NCBI GenBank assembly: GCA_947084965.1
Contig: CAMTUG010000004.1
Span: 87,490 to 151,489 of the forward strand
From: an uncultured Parcubacteria group bacterium
GTDB lineage: Bacteria; Patescibacteriota; Patescibacteriia; UBA9934; CAMTUG01
Length of the DNA stretch: 64,000 bases
Reading direction: 5' to 3'
Shown here: one piece after another, positions 20,728 to 30,867 of the stretch
Position numbering within the stretch: position 1 is the stretch's first letter
Layout: every line of letters begins with the position of its first letter
Notes under the pieces: model-generated
Told to the model about the DNA's origin: nothing
Seen by the model: only the letters and a program-made list of their open reading frames with translations
The model's database searches: none
Program-made: the position numbers and the translations under genes

Positions 20728-20926
20728 GTGGGGCTCCGTGCTGGGGTCAGGGTGTATCCTTACAAGCACCGCGAACTTGCGGGCTTCTGAATGCACATAA
20801 AAAGTGTTCAGTCAGAAATCCACAAATTCACCACACGATCCACTAAAGTGCGACCATTATAATTATCACAGAAAAATGAACTTGTCCAGTAGCTGCGGGC
20901 CCAATAAATAGCTCAATAAAGCACAG

Positions 20927-20975
20927 CACCCCCTCGGAGAGCTTCTCCGCGGGGGTGTCAGACGTAGTTCACGGC
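20927..20975 (-). terminator. Rho-independent terminator for gene 21024..21812
   Basis: On the minus strand, CACCCCC-GCGGAGAAGCTCTCCGAG-GGGGTG followed by CTGTGCTTTATTGAGCTATTTATTG. Confidence 0.5.
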
Positions 20976-21023
20976 CGGCACCCACGCTTCGAAGTCTTCG
21001 AAGGGATGCCGGGCCGGGCAGGG

Positions 21024-21812
<789 letters not shown>

Positions 21813-21956
21813 GGGGGTCTCCTTGGCGCTTGGGGGTTGGCCTTGTCAGGGCCGGGAACAGAACGCAATCCTTCATCGGTTGACGGCCGATATACCGATC
21901 CTGATCCTTTGGGTTTGAACCAGGACAGGCGGGAAGCTCTTTGGAAAGTCGTAATT

Positions 21957-22017
21957 GGTAAGTGGCAAGGAGAGACGCTCGTGTCTCCGCTTTCCACTTA
22001 CTGCTTACCACTTTCTA
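21957..22017. repeat. GTAAGTGG-family palindromic hairpin element, copy A (empty loop)
   Basis: GGTAAGTGGCAAGGAGAGACGCTCGTGTCTCCGCTTTCCACTTACTGCTTACCAC with central stem GAGAC/GTCTC; about 170 nt 3' of gene 22184..23638. Confidence 0.55.
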
Positions 22018-22183
22018 CAGAACTTTCCACCGTCCTAATTCTTGGATCGGTCGCAGGCCAAAGCCTGCAGCTACCACGATCTTGTAAAGGACACTCTGAG
22101 GGCACCATACCATGATGATGATCTCGGAGTGTCGTTGCTGAGGAGTGGCCCCAGCAACGATCACGGTGAGTCCCCCGACTCCT

Positions 22184-23638
22184 CTACATCGGGGGGGGCG
22201 AACCAGCGGGGGCGGCGGTGCTGGTCGCGGGGGCGGGGGCGACGGGGGCGGACACGGCGTAGGGCGACCAGGCGATGTCCTTCGTCTTGCCGCCGAAACG
22301 GTAGACGATGAGCGCGCTGGCCTGGAAGGTCGTGACCCCTCCACCGTTCTTGTAGCCCCAGGTGTTGTCCCCGGTGCGCAGGATGTCGGACTGTCCGAAG
22401 AGCCCGCCGCCCTGGACCTCGAGGCCCAGGCCGTTCGGCTTCAGCGGCATGAGGTCCACCATCGCGACGAGGCCGAGGAGCGCCCCGTTCACGACGACCT
22501 CGGCCGACCCGTCAGCGTCGGTGCTGCCGACGCCAAGGCTCTGGTACCCGCCCCGCAGGCCGATGGAGAAGGCGGGGACCGGGGTCACGAACCCGGTACC
22601 GCCGAAGCCGTAGGCGTCCGAGTACTCGCTGAGGAGGCCGAAGTTCCCGTAGGCGTTGAACCCGCCGTAGGTGCCCTCCATGCCCCAGCCCCCCTGGATC
22701 GCGGGGCCGGTGTGCCCACCAGACGACATGATGCCGCCGCCGATGGTGAACATCCCGTACTGGCCGTTGTTGAGCTTGGTGACGATCGAGGCCACGCCCG
22801 CCTCGGCGTTGGCGGCGCGGGCCTCGGCGTTGTCGGCCGTGCCCTGGGCACGGGTGATGCCGGCGAGGAACCCGGCGTTGGTCTCGGTCTGGGCCGTCCG
22901 GAAGCCCGCGAAGTCGGACTGGGTTGCCTGGGCCATGGTCATGGCGCCGGTCGCCGTGCCCATCGCGTCCGCCGCGAGCTGCCCCACGGCACGGGTCTCG
23001 ACGAGCGCGGTGTAGATGCCGGAGCAGACGACGGCCCCGGCGCTGTCCTTGACCTCGACCTGGCCGTTCATCGCGTCCCGCGTGGCCGTGAAGCCCGCGG
23101 GGAGCGTGCCGCCCAGCGCCACCTGCTGGCACTTGGACTCGGCGTCGAGGGCGCTCACGTTGCCCTCGAGGGCGGTGACCTTCTTCTCGGTCTTGGTCAC
23201 GCGCAGGCCGAGGGACGCGAGGGCGGCGGAGCTGGCGCCGTCGGTGTTCGTCGTGACGCCGAGGCACTGCTTCGCCTGCTTGTCCCACTCCATGTTGACC
23301 TGGACGCCGTTCTGGATCGGGTCGTCGCACCCGGCCTTGCGCGCCGGGGTGTCCCAGTGGGTGCGGGTGCAGATGGCGAGGGTCGACACGGCGCCGTTGT
23401 AGCACTCGACGGGCGCCGCGAGCAGGGCCTGGCCCCACTTCGCGATGTCCGGGTTGTCCCGGAGCACGTCGCTGATCTTGGGGGCTCCGGCGGGGGTGGT
23501 GCTGGTCGTCGGGGCCGGGGTCGTGCCGGTCACCGGGGTGGTCGCCTGGCCCGGGGTGAGGGCGTAGGCGGGGTTGATGCCGGTGACGACGGCGGCGCTG
23601 GCGAGAGCCAGGGTGATGAGCAGGTTGCGGACGTGCAT
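22184..23638 (-). CDS. High-GC secreted Gly/Ala/Thr-rich protein of unknown function
   Basis: Signal peptide MHVRNLLITLALASAAVVTG, a Cys-containing N-terminal domain and a Gly-rich C-terminal half (GGGIMSSGGHTGPAIQGGWGMEGTYGGF). Confidence 0.55.
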   Translation of the reverse strand: MHVRNLLITLALASAAVVTGINPAYALTPGQATTPVTGTTPAPTTSTTPAGAPKISDVLRDNPDIAKWGQALLAAPVECYNGAVSTLAICTRTHWDTPARKAGCDDPIQNGVQVNMEWDKQAKQCLGVTTNTDGASSAALASLGLRVTKTEKKVTALEGNVSALDAESKCQQVALGGTLPAGFTATRDAMNGQVEVKDSAGAVVCSGIYTALVETRAVGQLAADAMGTATGAMTMAQATQSDFAGFRTAQTETNAGFLAGITRAQGTADNAEARAANAEAGVASIVTKLNNGQYGMFTIGGGIMSSGGHTGPAIQGGWGMEGTYGGFNAYGNFGLLSEYSDAYGFGGTGFVTPVPAFSIGLRGGYQSLGVGSTDADGSAEVVVNGALLGLVAMVDLMPLKPNGLGLEVQGGGLFGQSDILRTGDNTWGYKNGGGVTTFQASALIVYRFGGKTKDIAWSPYAVSAPVAPAPATSTAAPAGSPPPM

Positions 23639-23816
23639 GGGTTCCTCCTTCAGTGAGGGGTGAGAAACCGTCGGATGCCTCCGCCGGTTCCTTTTGTGTC
23701 GTTACAGAGCCACTGTCCTGTCCGCCCTTGCGGGTCAGAACAGCGCCCGTCCGTTGATCCAAGGTGTCGAACCTACGGACGGACGGATTTCGAATTGGAA
23801 GGTGGGAAGGTGGAAA

Positions 23817-23884
23817 GCGGTAATTGGTAAGTGGAGAGTGGAGACACGAGTGTCTCTGCTTACTACTTACTGCTTACCACTTTC
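23817..23884. repeat. GTAAGTGG-family palindromic hairpin element, copy B (empty loop)
   Basis: GGTAATTGGTAAGTGGAGAGTGGAGACACGAGTGTCTCTGCTTACTACTTACTGCTTACCAC; direct-orientation copy of element A, lying in the 5' leader of gene 22184..23638. Confidence 0.55.
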
Positions 23885-24074
23885 ATAACTTCTTTCCACT
23901 CCGAAATCCATCCGCCCTCGGCCGATCCAAGGACCTTTCCGTAAACCGATCTTGTAATGAACGCTCGTGTGGTCTGACAGGACTCAACCACAAGGAGGAG
24001 ATGTGGCGAATACTGCCGGACCGCACGATAATTCATTGAGTCTAGGGACAATTCGCCCATTTAGCGAACGTGTG

Positions 24075-24103
24075 AGAATAGCAGGTTTTCCCAAAAATGT
24101 CAA
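24075..24103 (-). promoter_or_regulatory. Candidate sigma70 promoter about 440 nt upstream of gene 22184..23638
   Basis: On the minus strand, TTGACA, then 17 nt (TTTTTGGGAAAACCTGC), then TATTCT. Confidence 0.4.
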
Positions 24104-24257
24104 GAACCCCCGTTTTCGGCTCTGTAGTCACTTGTCGTGATGAGGAGGAGGCATCATGACCGTGCGCTATAGAGCCGAAAGAGGGGGTCCTAGTGGAAGT
24201 ACCTTAGAAGAATAGACGTGCTGTGTCAAGGTGGTGTGGATAATTAAAAATCGCTCT

Positions 24258-24717
24258 AGGATTAGCGAAATTTGAAATTCAGAAACTCAGAAATTGGATA
24301 GGATGGGTCAACGCTTCTGATTCAATGAAAGATTACGAGTGGAGCTGATATAACGATTCAAAACCATGTGAAGAGACTCAAGTTTGGTCAGCAGCAACGT
24401 TTTTTCTGATTCTACTATCTTCCCTCTCTCAAATAACCTCTCTGTCCAATGAATAGCCTCAACAAGGGATCCACGGGCGTTATAATTGAACTTATTTTTA
24501 TCAAGATAATGAAACCTTCCGAACCCCTCAGCAATATTTGCACCGACGGAATCAATGGCAGAAATCCATTGGTCGCCCATGATCTTCTTGTCCTGCCAAT
24601 GCATCCGATCGTATATATTCCATGCAACTTGCGCACTCTCGACAGATAATCGATAAGCATCTAACTCCGTAAGTTGCATACCCCCAGCCCAATTTCTAAT
24701 TTCTGATTTTCAAATTT
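24258..24717 (-). other. IVS-like cassette: four-helix-bundle gene in the loop of an inverted heptamer-repeat hairpin (GAAATTY family)
   Basis: Flank 24258-24290 is GAAATTTGAAATTCAGAAACTCAGAAATTG. Flank 24683-24715 is CAATTTCTAATTTCTGATTTTCAAATTTC, whose reverse complement is GAAATTTGAAAATCAGAAATTAGAAATTG. Confidence 0.45.
24308..24679 (-). CDS. Four-helix-bundle protein (TIGR02436; 23S rRNA intervening-sequence protein / Avd family)
   Basis: Family hallmark ISAIDSVGANIAEGFGRFHYLDKNKFNYNARGSLVE. It is a paralog of 25406..25771. Confidence 0.8.
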   Translation of the reverse strand: MQLTELDAYRLSVESAQVAWNIYDRMHWQDKKIMGDQWISAIDSVGANIAEGFGRFHYLDKNKFNYNARGSLVEAIHWTERLFERGKIVESEKTLLLTKLESLHMVLNRYISSTRNLSLNQKR

Positions 24718-25347
24718 CTATTCATGGATCAACTGGTGTCTCCGACGAATCCGTTCCACTTTCAAGAGAACGAATCCGACCCCGGCCAATCCACCCAAAA
24801 TCGCACCAGCAAAAGCATTCAACGGAATGTTTGGCCGAACGGGCCAGTTTGAGCTCAAAGGTTCATCAACGAGCTGAATCGAGATCGATCCCCCGCTCGT
24901 ATACTGCCACCCTTCGGTCACAATCACCGCCCCCAGGGCGCGGGCGATCAATTCCGCCTGGGCAACATCTTCATGATAAACAACGATAGTCAGCAACCCC
25001 GTTCCACGGGCAACGGACGCCTGCACCGTCTCTCCCCACTTCTTACGCTTTTTCTGATCATCGCTCGGGAAATAATCCTGATCGATCTGACTCGACGCGG
25101 CCATCACCTTTTCGAAAAACGTGGTGGTGTAAATGACGTTGGTAATATCTTCGGCCACACGCTCGGCCGAACGCGACGCGGTGTAGGCATCAACGGCGCC
25201 CAGCTGTTGGATGATCAACAAACGTTCGGTCGAAGAATATTCAAGCGGACGCAGAAACGACAAAATCACTCCGAGGAGTAATCCGATCGCGGCCATCAAG
25301 ACGATGGTGTGCCAGAAGTTGATGAGGGTTGTGGAATATTTGGGCAT
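24718..25347 (-). CDS. Wzz-like polysaccharide chain-length-determinant domain protein (2 TM)
   Basis: N- and C-terminal TM segments flanking a periplasmic-like domain; the size and architecture fit a Wzz N-terminal domain. Confidence 0.45.
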   Translation of the reverse strand: MPKYSTTLINFWHTIVLMAAIGLLLGVILSFLRPLEYSSTERLLIIQQLGAVDAYTASRSAERVAEDITNVIYTTTFFEKVMAASSQIDQDYFPSDDQKKRKKWGETVQASVARGTGLLTIVVYHEDVAQAELIARALGAVIVTEGWQYTSGGSISIQLVDEPLSSNWPVRPNIPLNAFAGAILGGLAGVGFVLLKVERIRRRHQLIHE

Positions 25348-25371
25348 AGGGGGAAAGGAAAGAGGTGAGAG

Positions 25372-25806
25372 GAAAGCAGTAAGCAGTAAGTGGTAAGTGG
25401 AGATACTAACGAAGGATGGAACGGTCTTTGGTTGCTGCGATGTAATTATTCAGCATCTTCATGAGCCGACCAATTTTTTCATTGTACGAACCGAGCTCCT
25501 CTATTGAAACCTTCTGCCGTTCTCCCAAAACATCTGTCCAGTGCTGAGCCTCCTGTAATGAACCACGGGCGTTGTAATTAAATTTGTTCTTATCCAAATA
25601 ATGGAATCGACCGTACCCCTCGGCAATATTTGCCCCAACGGAGTCAATAGCCGTAATCCACTGATCACCCATGATCTTCTTTTCCTGCCAAGTCATCCGT
25701 TCATACACCGCCCACGCTTCACGAGAAATCTCCCGAGCTAACTGGTAAACGTAGATTTCCGTAAGCGCCATAGTGTCTCCACTTACTGCTTACCACTTAC
25801 TACTTT
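25372..25806 (-). other. IVS-like cassette: four-helix-bundle gene in the loop of the GTAAGTGG-family hairpin
   Basis: 25372-25405 is AGCAGTAAGCAGTAAGTGGTAAGTGGAGATAC. The reverse complement of 25772-25806 is AGTAGTAAGTGGTAAGCAGTAAGTGGAGACAC. The arms match the halves of empty elements A and B. Confidence 0.5.
25406..25771 (-). CDS. Four-helix-bundle protein (TIGR02436 / Avd family), paralog
   Basis: ITAIDSVGANIAEGYGRFHYLDKNKFNYNARGSLQE; about 60% identical to 24308..24679. Confidence 0.8.
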   Translation of the reverse strand: MALTEIYVYQLAREISREAWAVYERMTWQEKKIMGDQWITAIDSVGANIAEGYGRFHYLDKNKFNYNARGSLQEAQHWTDVLGERQKVSIEELGSYNEKIGRLMKMLNNYIAATKDRSILR

Positions 25807-25811
25807 CTCAT

Positions 25812-26843
25812 CTATCTCCGCCCCAATTGTACATCAATCATCACTTCTTCACCACCGCGATCGATCGTTAATCGCACCGTTTCTTCGGGTGCATAGGACA
25901 ACAGACGTTCGGCAAACGATTCATCACCGAGCGCCATTCCTCCAACGTGAGTGATAATGTCCCCACGACGAACACCAGCGATCGCTGCAGGTCCGTTCAC
26001 AACGACCGTATCAATGTACGTGCCACGACTGAACCCACGATCAATCCCTGCTGGAACATGGACGGCGGAAAGATCGATGACCGTCGCTCCAAACACCGTG
26101 CGTGCACTTTCACCCGATCGAATGACAGATCGCACCACAGGGAGCAATTGGTGGAGGGGCGTGCCGTCGATCGCAATCAACTCCCCTGCCGAATTGACGA
26201 CCGGTGTTCCAGGAAGCGGAAAAAGATCGGCGTAGGTGAAACTGCGGGTGAACGTTTCGGCCGGCAGTCTGGCAACGGTCGCATTCCAGTGATGCGCATC
26301 GACCACGGCCGTTGGCAACAGAGCCGATGCCGACGTTGCGGCAAAAGCCAGCGAACCGCTTTCGACCTGATCCGACGCACCAAACGGAATGACCGGCAAC
26401 CCACTCGCTTCGAGACGATAAAAATAGATCTCGGTGTACGGATCGCTGACAGAATCAACAATCGTGTACTCCGTTTCACCGATGAAGGCGTGCAAGGGAG
26501 CGTCCCCTTCGGCCGTTTCCACGCTCGTCATCACCCAGCCATCAGAAGTGATGACCACACCGAGAGAGTCCTCTTCACCCGGAAGGAGGATCGGATCGAT
26601 ACCGCCGACACGTTGAAATCGCACCAACGCCGGCTGCACAACGTCACGCGCCCGGGCCGCTGCTTCTTCGAACGTCCCCGGAATCGGTTGCGGCTTTTCT
26701 TGCGACAAACGAATGACTTCATTGCCAGCACCTTCGAGCGAAGCGGCGTATCGATCTAAATATTCCGCGCTCCAAACAGAAGCGAAGATACCGGCCGAAA
26801 GGCCAGCGGCGACCGACAAGACGATCAACAGAATTTTTTGCAT
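25812..26843 (-). CDS. Secreted trypsin-like (HtrA/S1C-like) protease-fold protein with a C-terminal PDZ domain
   Basis: Signal peptide, protease-like core (TPVVNSAGELIAIDG) and PDZ-like GVRRGDIITHVGGMALGD. The catalytic triad was not verified. Confidence 0.5.
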   Translation of the reverse strand: MQKILLIVLSVAAGLSAGIFASVWSAEYLDRYAASLEGAGNEVIRLSQEKPQPIPGTFEEAAARARDVVQPALVRFQRVGGIDPILLPGEEDSLGVVITSDGWVMTSVETAEGDAPLHAFIGETEYTIVDSVSDPYTEIYFYRLEASGLPVIPFGASDQVESGSLAFAATSASALLPTAVVDAHHWNATVARLPAETFTRSFTYADLFPLPGTPVVNSAGELIAIDGTPLHQLLPVVRSVIRSGESARTVFGATVIDLSAVHVPAGIDRGFSRGTYIDTVVVNGPAAIAGVRRGDIITHVGGMALGDESFAERLLSYAPEETVRLTIDRGGEEVMIDVQLGRR

Positions 26844-26844
26844 A

Positions 26845-27609
26845 TTACGTCCACTGAGCAGTGAGCAGAATCGCGAGGATCATTAGAGTGCCGACGGTGA
26901 TGTAACGACGAACGACCGTTTTCGATAACTTCGACGATAAGTTCGCACGCGAAAGGCCAAGGTACATGTAATAGAGAACCGCGACAAGGGCACCGTCCGT
27001 AATGTACATCGTTGGTAAATAGGTAATCACCACTAACAGCTCAGCGAAGATCACCGCAGCGGCCAGCGCGTACACAGCGGCGCGCTGAAGCGGAACTTTC
27101 GAAATCCACAACGCGGAAAGCGTCAATGTAAAACAGAGAACAGCAAAAGAGATCGCAAAGAGGTACAGGGGGATGCGAGCAAACGAGTAGAGCGCATGAC
27201 CGCCAGCGGCGAGAAAAAACAAGGTAACAACGGCCATAATCCCTCCGGAGTTTTGTAGACTGTACGCTTGATAAGCCCCAGGCAGATGCAAATATGTAAA
27301 CAAGTTCTCCGCATAAAAATAGGCAACGCCGGCACCAAGAAGAATGACAAGAAATCGAATAGCGGTATCGTCAGCAAGCATGAACAGGAGGACTGTGGCC
27401 AGAATGTGGAGTGTGGGGATCGCGACCAGACCCCAAAACTCCTTTTCGCGAAAGCGCGCACCAGCAAGACGGAAGAAGAGGGACAGAGCGAGGACGGTGA
27501 CGATCGTCAAAATCCAGACGGCAGACATCGGATGATAGGAAACGAAAAGCATCCCCGTGGCAAAGACGGTTGCGATAACAAACGGCGTGATGCGATGGAG
27601 AAGAATCAT
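26845..27609 (-). CDS. Polytopic membrane protein of unknown function
   Basis: 254 aa with 7-8 hydrophobic segments. Confidence 0.4.
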   Translation of the reverse strand: MILLHRITPFVIATVFATGMLFVSYHPMSAVWILTIVTVLALSLFFRLAGARFREKEFWGLVAIPTLHILATVLLFMLADDTAIRFLVILLGAGVAYFYAENLFTYLHLPGAYQAYSLQNSGGIMAVVTLFFLAAGGHALYSFARIPLYLFAISFAVLCFTLTLSALWISKVPLQRAAVYALAAAVIFAELLVVITYLPTMYITDGALVAVLYYMYLGLSRANLSSKLSKTVVRRYITVGTLMILAILLTAQWT

Positions 27610-27618
27610 GAATGGACG

Positions 27619-28320
27619 TTACTCTTCGACGATCAACGTTCCCTGAATCACCAGCGATCCTTCAGAAAGTTCGACCGCGGTCAGTTGGGCATACGGTCTG
27701 ATCGCTTCGTTAAACGGCGCCGTCGCTTGAGTGATCACGGCCTGCAGCGACCAGGTGAACAACCAGCGTGGAAGCGGAAGGGATCCGACAGAAAGACGCG
27801 TCAGTTTGAATTGAAGCCCTCCTTCTTCAATCACGGGTTTTACCGCGATCGTCACACCAGCGGCCGGGGCATCTTGCACGAGGGGGAGATAAAATTCAAC
27901 TTCACTCCCGGCAATCACCGCCACCTGCGTCTGTTCGATGTCGACGATCGTGGCCCCTGTTTTTTCGATCATCTGACGGGCAGACGCAGTCAATGACGAC
28001 TCTTCTAGGGTCAGGGTGATGGCGTCCGTGCGCCGGGCGATCTGCGCGCTGATCTGGGAGGGAACGGTTTCTTCAACGGGCACGCCGGCCGCCACAAGAT
28101 GATCCGGCGTATCGGCTCGATGAATCGCTAAAAAAAGAAAGATCGCCGCGCTGCACAGGAGCGTGAGGCTCACTCCCCAAAAAATCACTTTGCGTCGAAG
28201 CGCGGCACCGAATCTGGTGCTCGGGGTGTCCGAACTCGATGGCCGTGCGGCTTTTGGATCAGCGATCAATTCGATCCGTGCCATAAACTGATTATTCAAT
28301 CCAAGAGTACTGATCGACAA
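27619..28320 (-). CDS. Membrane-anchored hypothetical protein
   Basis: Single TM (VIFWGVSLTLLCSAAIFLFLAI) followed by a soluble domain. Confidence 0.35.
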   Translation of the reverse strand: MSISTLGLNNQFMARIELIADPKAARPSSSDTPSTRFGAALRRKVIFWGVSLTLLCSAAIFLFLAIHRADTPDHLVAAGVPVEETVPSQISAQIARRTDAITLTLEESSLTASARQMIEKTGATIVDIEQTQVAVIAGSEVEFYLPLVQDAPAAGVTIAVKPVIEEGGLQFKLTRLSVGSLPLPRWLFTWSLQAVITQATAPFNEAIRPYAQLTAVELSEGSLVIQGTLIVEE

Positions 28321-28714
28321 GCGTCTGCCAACGCGCTTCGGCCCCTTCCGTTCCGTTCATCCAGTCGGTGAGCAGAATCACCAGATCAAGATGAAGATCT
28401 TTATATTCAGACGGGACGTGCAGTTGAAGTAACGCTTCGCGCGCTTTGGAAAGAATCTCACTCTTCCCTTCTGACGCCGATTCAGCGGCGATGCGTGTTC
28501 GCACATCTCCAAGGATCGCGTGAGCGTTGGCTTGATACTCAACGGAGGTGACGGCCGACGGAACGGTCGGTTCGAGCGTGGCGCGATCTTTAAAAATGGA
28601 AAAAATAGCACCGGCAAGGATGAGGGTCAGCACGCCGACGAGGATCGGGAAATATGTTTTGTGATGAAGCATAACGTTAAGTCTTTTCTTGATTGCGAAT
28701 GACGTCGTACACAA
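28292..28714 (-). CDS. Small membrane-anchored hypothetical protein
   Basis: N-terminal TM (YFPILVGVLTLILAGAIFSIF); translationally coupled to its neighbours. Confidence 0.35.
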   Translation of the reverse strand: MCTTSFAIKKRLNVMLHHKTYFPILVGVLTLILAGAIFSIFKDRATLEPTVPSAVTSVEYQANAHAILGDVRTRIAAESASEGKSEILSKAREALLQLHVPSEYKDLHLDLVILLTDWMNGTEGAEARWQTLVDQYSWIE

Positions 28715-29711
28715 AGACGCTGGTCATAGTAGCGACAGGGATAGCGAGCGCAGCCCCGGCGATCCCGCCGAGTTTGAAGCCGATCAACAAGGCGACGATC
28801 GACACGATCGGATTTAATCCGGTCACCTTCTGCATCACCTTCGGAATTAAAATGTGATTCTCCACTTGCTGAATGATGATGTACAGGAGCAAAACCATCA
28901 CCGCTTTCACCGGCGATTCACCAAAGGCGATGACGATCGCGGGGATCGCCGAAAGCGTTGGACCGGCGTACGGAATCACTTCGAGCAAGCCGGCAAGTAG
29001 GGCGAGGACGAGGGCATACGGCACACCGAGGATAGTGAGACCGAGATAGGCACAGACAGCGATGACGATCATCAACAGCAACTGTCCGCGCAGCCACTGA
29101 CCGATCTTTTCCTGCATCTTGTTAAACAACTGGGTGAGGTATGGCTGATATTCGTCCGGGGAAAGGCGGCGGAAGATGCGCTTCCAAGCATCTTCTTCAA
29201 CGACAATATAAAACGCCAGAACGAGGACGATGAAAAAGGCGGCAACGCCCCCGATGATCCCGGTGACCGTAGCGAACAGCCCTGTAAGGAGCGAGCCCGC
29301 CTGTTCACGGAGCTGATCGATCGAAGCGTTGATACTTTCTTGGATGCCGTACTGTTCACCAAAAGCGATCAGACGATTGACCTGTTCAGAAACATTGCCT
29401 GCTGCCCCAGAAAAATTATTCAGCAGTTCATGAAACTGCGAAACGAACGGCGGGATGATCAAAATGAGACTGGTGGAGAGGATCGAGAACAGGATGACGT
29501 AAATAGTGATCACTCCCAGGGGGCGCGGGATTTTTCGGCGATGCAACCAACTAACGGCCGGCTCAATCAGTGCCGAGAGCATCAGGGCGAGCAGGAGCAT
29601 GATGACGATCTCTTTGATGTACCACAAAAAGCCGACAGCAAGGGCGATCACCAGGACACGAAAGATCGTGCCGGTCGAGATACTGATCGATTGTGGAATA
29701 GCGCGCGGCAT
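28677..29711 (-). CDS. AI-2E family transporter (PerM/UPF0118)
   Basis: 344 aa with about 8 TM segments and the family-typical length and loop pattern. Confidence 0.65.
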   Translation of the reverse strand: MPRAIPQSISISTGTIFRVLVIALAVGFLWYIKEIVIMLLLALMLSALIEPAVSWLHRRKIPRPLGVITIYVILFSILSTSLILIIPPFVSQFHELLNNFSGAAGNVSEQVNRLIAFGEQYGIQESINASIDQLREQAGSLLTGLFATVTGIIGGVAAFFIVLVLAFYIVVEEDAWKRIFRRLSPDEYQPYLTQLFNKMQEKIGQWLRGQLLLMIVIAVCAYLGLTILGVPYALVLALLAGLLEVIPYAGPTLSAIPAIVIAFGESPVKAVMVLLLYIIIQQVENHILIPKVMQKVTGLNPIVSIVALLIGFKLGGIAGAALAIPVATMTSVFVYDVIRNQEKT

Positions 29712-29787
29712 ACGTCGCCAATTTTAGCATATTCCCCCCATATCCTCCACTTACCACTTACTGCTTACCGCTTTCTTTCCCAGTTCC

Positions 29788-29816
29788 TTGACATTTTTGC
29801 CAAATTTTGCTATATT
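29788..29816 (+). promoter_or_regulatory. Consensus sigma70 promoter for the high-GC gene at 29960
   Basis: TTGACA, then 17 nt (TTTTTGCCAAATTTTGC), then TATATT. A GGAGGA Shine-Dalgarno lies 7 nt before the ATG at 29960. Confidence 0.55.
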
Positions 29817-29959
29817 CTTCAGTCGGTTTTCCCTGCGTCTTGGCGCTCCCGCGCACAATTCGCTTCGATTTCCATTCCCCCCGCCGCCTGGACCGACACA
29901 GGTGGTTCCGTTCGAGACCCAAGGCCCCCGTGGGCCACTTCCCGTCCCTGGAGGACACC

Positions 29960-30646
29960 ATGCCGACCGCAACCCCCCACCCCGCGTGGGTTCTCGCCGC
30001 ACAGCTGTGTGGCATCGCCCCCGACACCGCCGACGAGGTGGAGAAGGGCCAGATCGAGGCGGCGCTCGCCGATCTCAAGGCCGCCTTCGCGACCCGCATG
30101 CCGATCATCCCGACCGCCGAGGACATCAAGGAGATCGCCCGCGAGGAGGCCGAGCACGTCATGCCGGTGATCCCCGAGCGCGGACTCGTGGATCGCTGGG
30201 CCGGCACGTTCGCGGTCCTCGGGCTGATCCTCGGCCTCGCCGGCACGATCGGCGCCGCCGCGGTCGCGTGGAAGTCGACGATGGACGAGCGGGAGCTGTG
30301 GCTCCGCGTCGCGACGGAGAGCTACGCGACCCAGTACCAACTCCCCGGCCGCATCGCCGCGGTCGAGGGCGCGATCGCCACGCTCCAGGCGGCCCAGCCC
30401 ACCCCGGCCCCCGCCGCCCCGCCGCCCCCGGCCACCACCACCGACCCCGCCGCCCCCGCCCAGCCCACCGCCGCCGCCATGGACGACGCCAACATCTCGG
30501 CGAAGTGCAACAACATCGTGGCGCTCGGCGGCACCGATGGCTACCGGCTCGACCAGTGCGCCGACAGCCAGACCTACGTCTGCCGCGCCTACGACCAGCC
30601 GCGGGGGCAGGTCTCGGAGTGTGCCCTCGCGAGCACGGTCCCCTAG
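29960..30646 (+). CDS. High-GC membrane protein of unknown function (Pro/Ala-rich linker, Cys-containing C-terminal domain)
   Basis: Start moved from the track's 29807 to the ATG at 29960, because 29807 lies inside the promoter. TM segment FAVLGLILGLAGTIGAAAVAW. Confidence 0.5.
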   Translation: MPTATPHPAWVLAAQLCGIAPDTADEVEKGQIEAALADLKAAFATRMPIIPTAEDIKEIAREEAEHVMPVIPERGLVDRWAGTFAVLGLILGLAGTIGAAAVAWKSTMDERELWLRVATESYATQYQLPGRIAAVEGAIATLQAAQPTPAPAAPPPPATTTDPAAPAQPTAAAMDDANISAKCNNIVALGGTDGYRLDQCADSQTYVCRAYDQPRGQVSECALASTVP

Positions 30647-30672
30647 GACCTGCCACACCGATGGGCAGGTCC
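30647..30672 (+). terminator. Hairpin 3' of gene 29960..30646
   Basis: GGACCTGCC-CACACCGAT-GGCAGGTCC with no clear T-tract. Confidence 0.3.
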
Positions 30673-30734
30673 GCGACCCTGCCTATCTCTCGACTCCCTT
30701 CAGCACTACGGCTGGAGGGATTCGTGTTTATTGG

Positions 30735-30862
30735 AAGGAAAATTCGAAATACGAATGTCGAAATTCGAAATAAAAGGAAATACAAAAAAGTAAAAGTTTC
30801 CAAATTTCCCATTTCCGGTTAGGATTTGTTTCGTGCTTCGTATTTCGGATTTCGTATTTATA
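30735..30862. repeat. Heptamer-repeat inverted-arm hairpin (GAAATWC family), no gene in the loop, immediately 5' of smpB
   Basis: Left arm AAATTCGAAATACGAATGTCGAAATTCGAAAT; right arm CTTCGTATTTCGGATTTCGTATTTATAC. Confidence 0.4.
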
Positions 30863-30867
30863 CCTCC

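Noticed and set aside
23694-24060. Small ORFs (23694..23888 +, 23824..24039 +, 23863..24060 -) in the long 5' leader of gene 22184..23638.
   Set aside because: They overlap the palindromic element B and each other, and have no ribosome-binding site or recognisable features. The region is more likely a structured leader.
29807-30822. ORF-track starts 29807 and 29788 for the high-GC gene, and the overlapping minus ORFs 29758..30246, 29819..30658 and 30159..30812.
   Set aside because: 29807 lies inside the -10/-35 promoter. The start was moved to the ATG at 29960, preceded by GGAGGA. The other frames are GC-driven open frames with Arg/Gly-rich translations.
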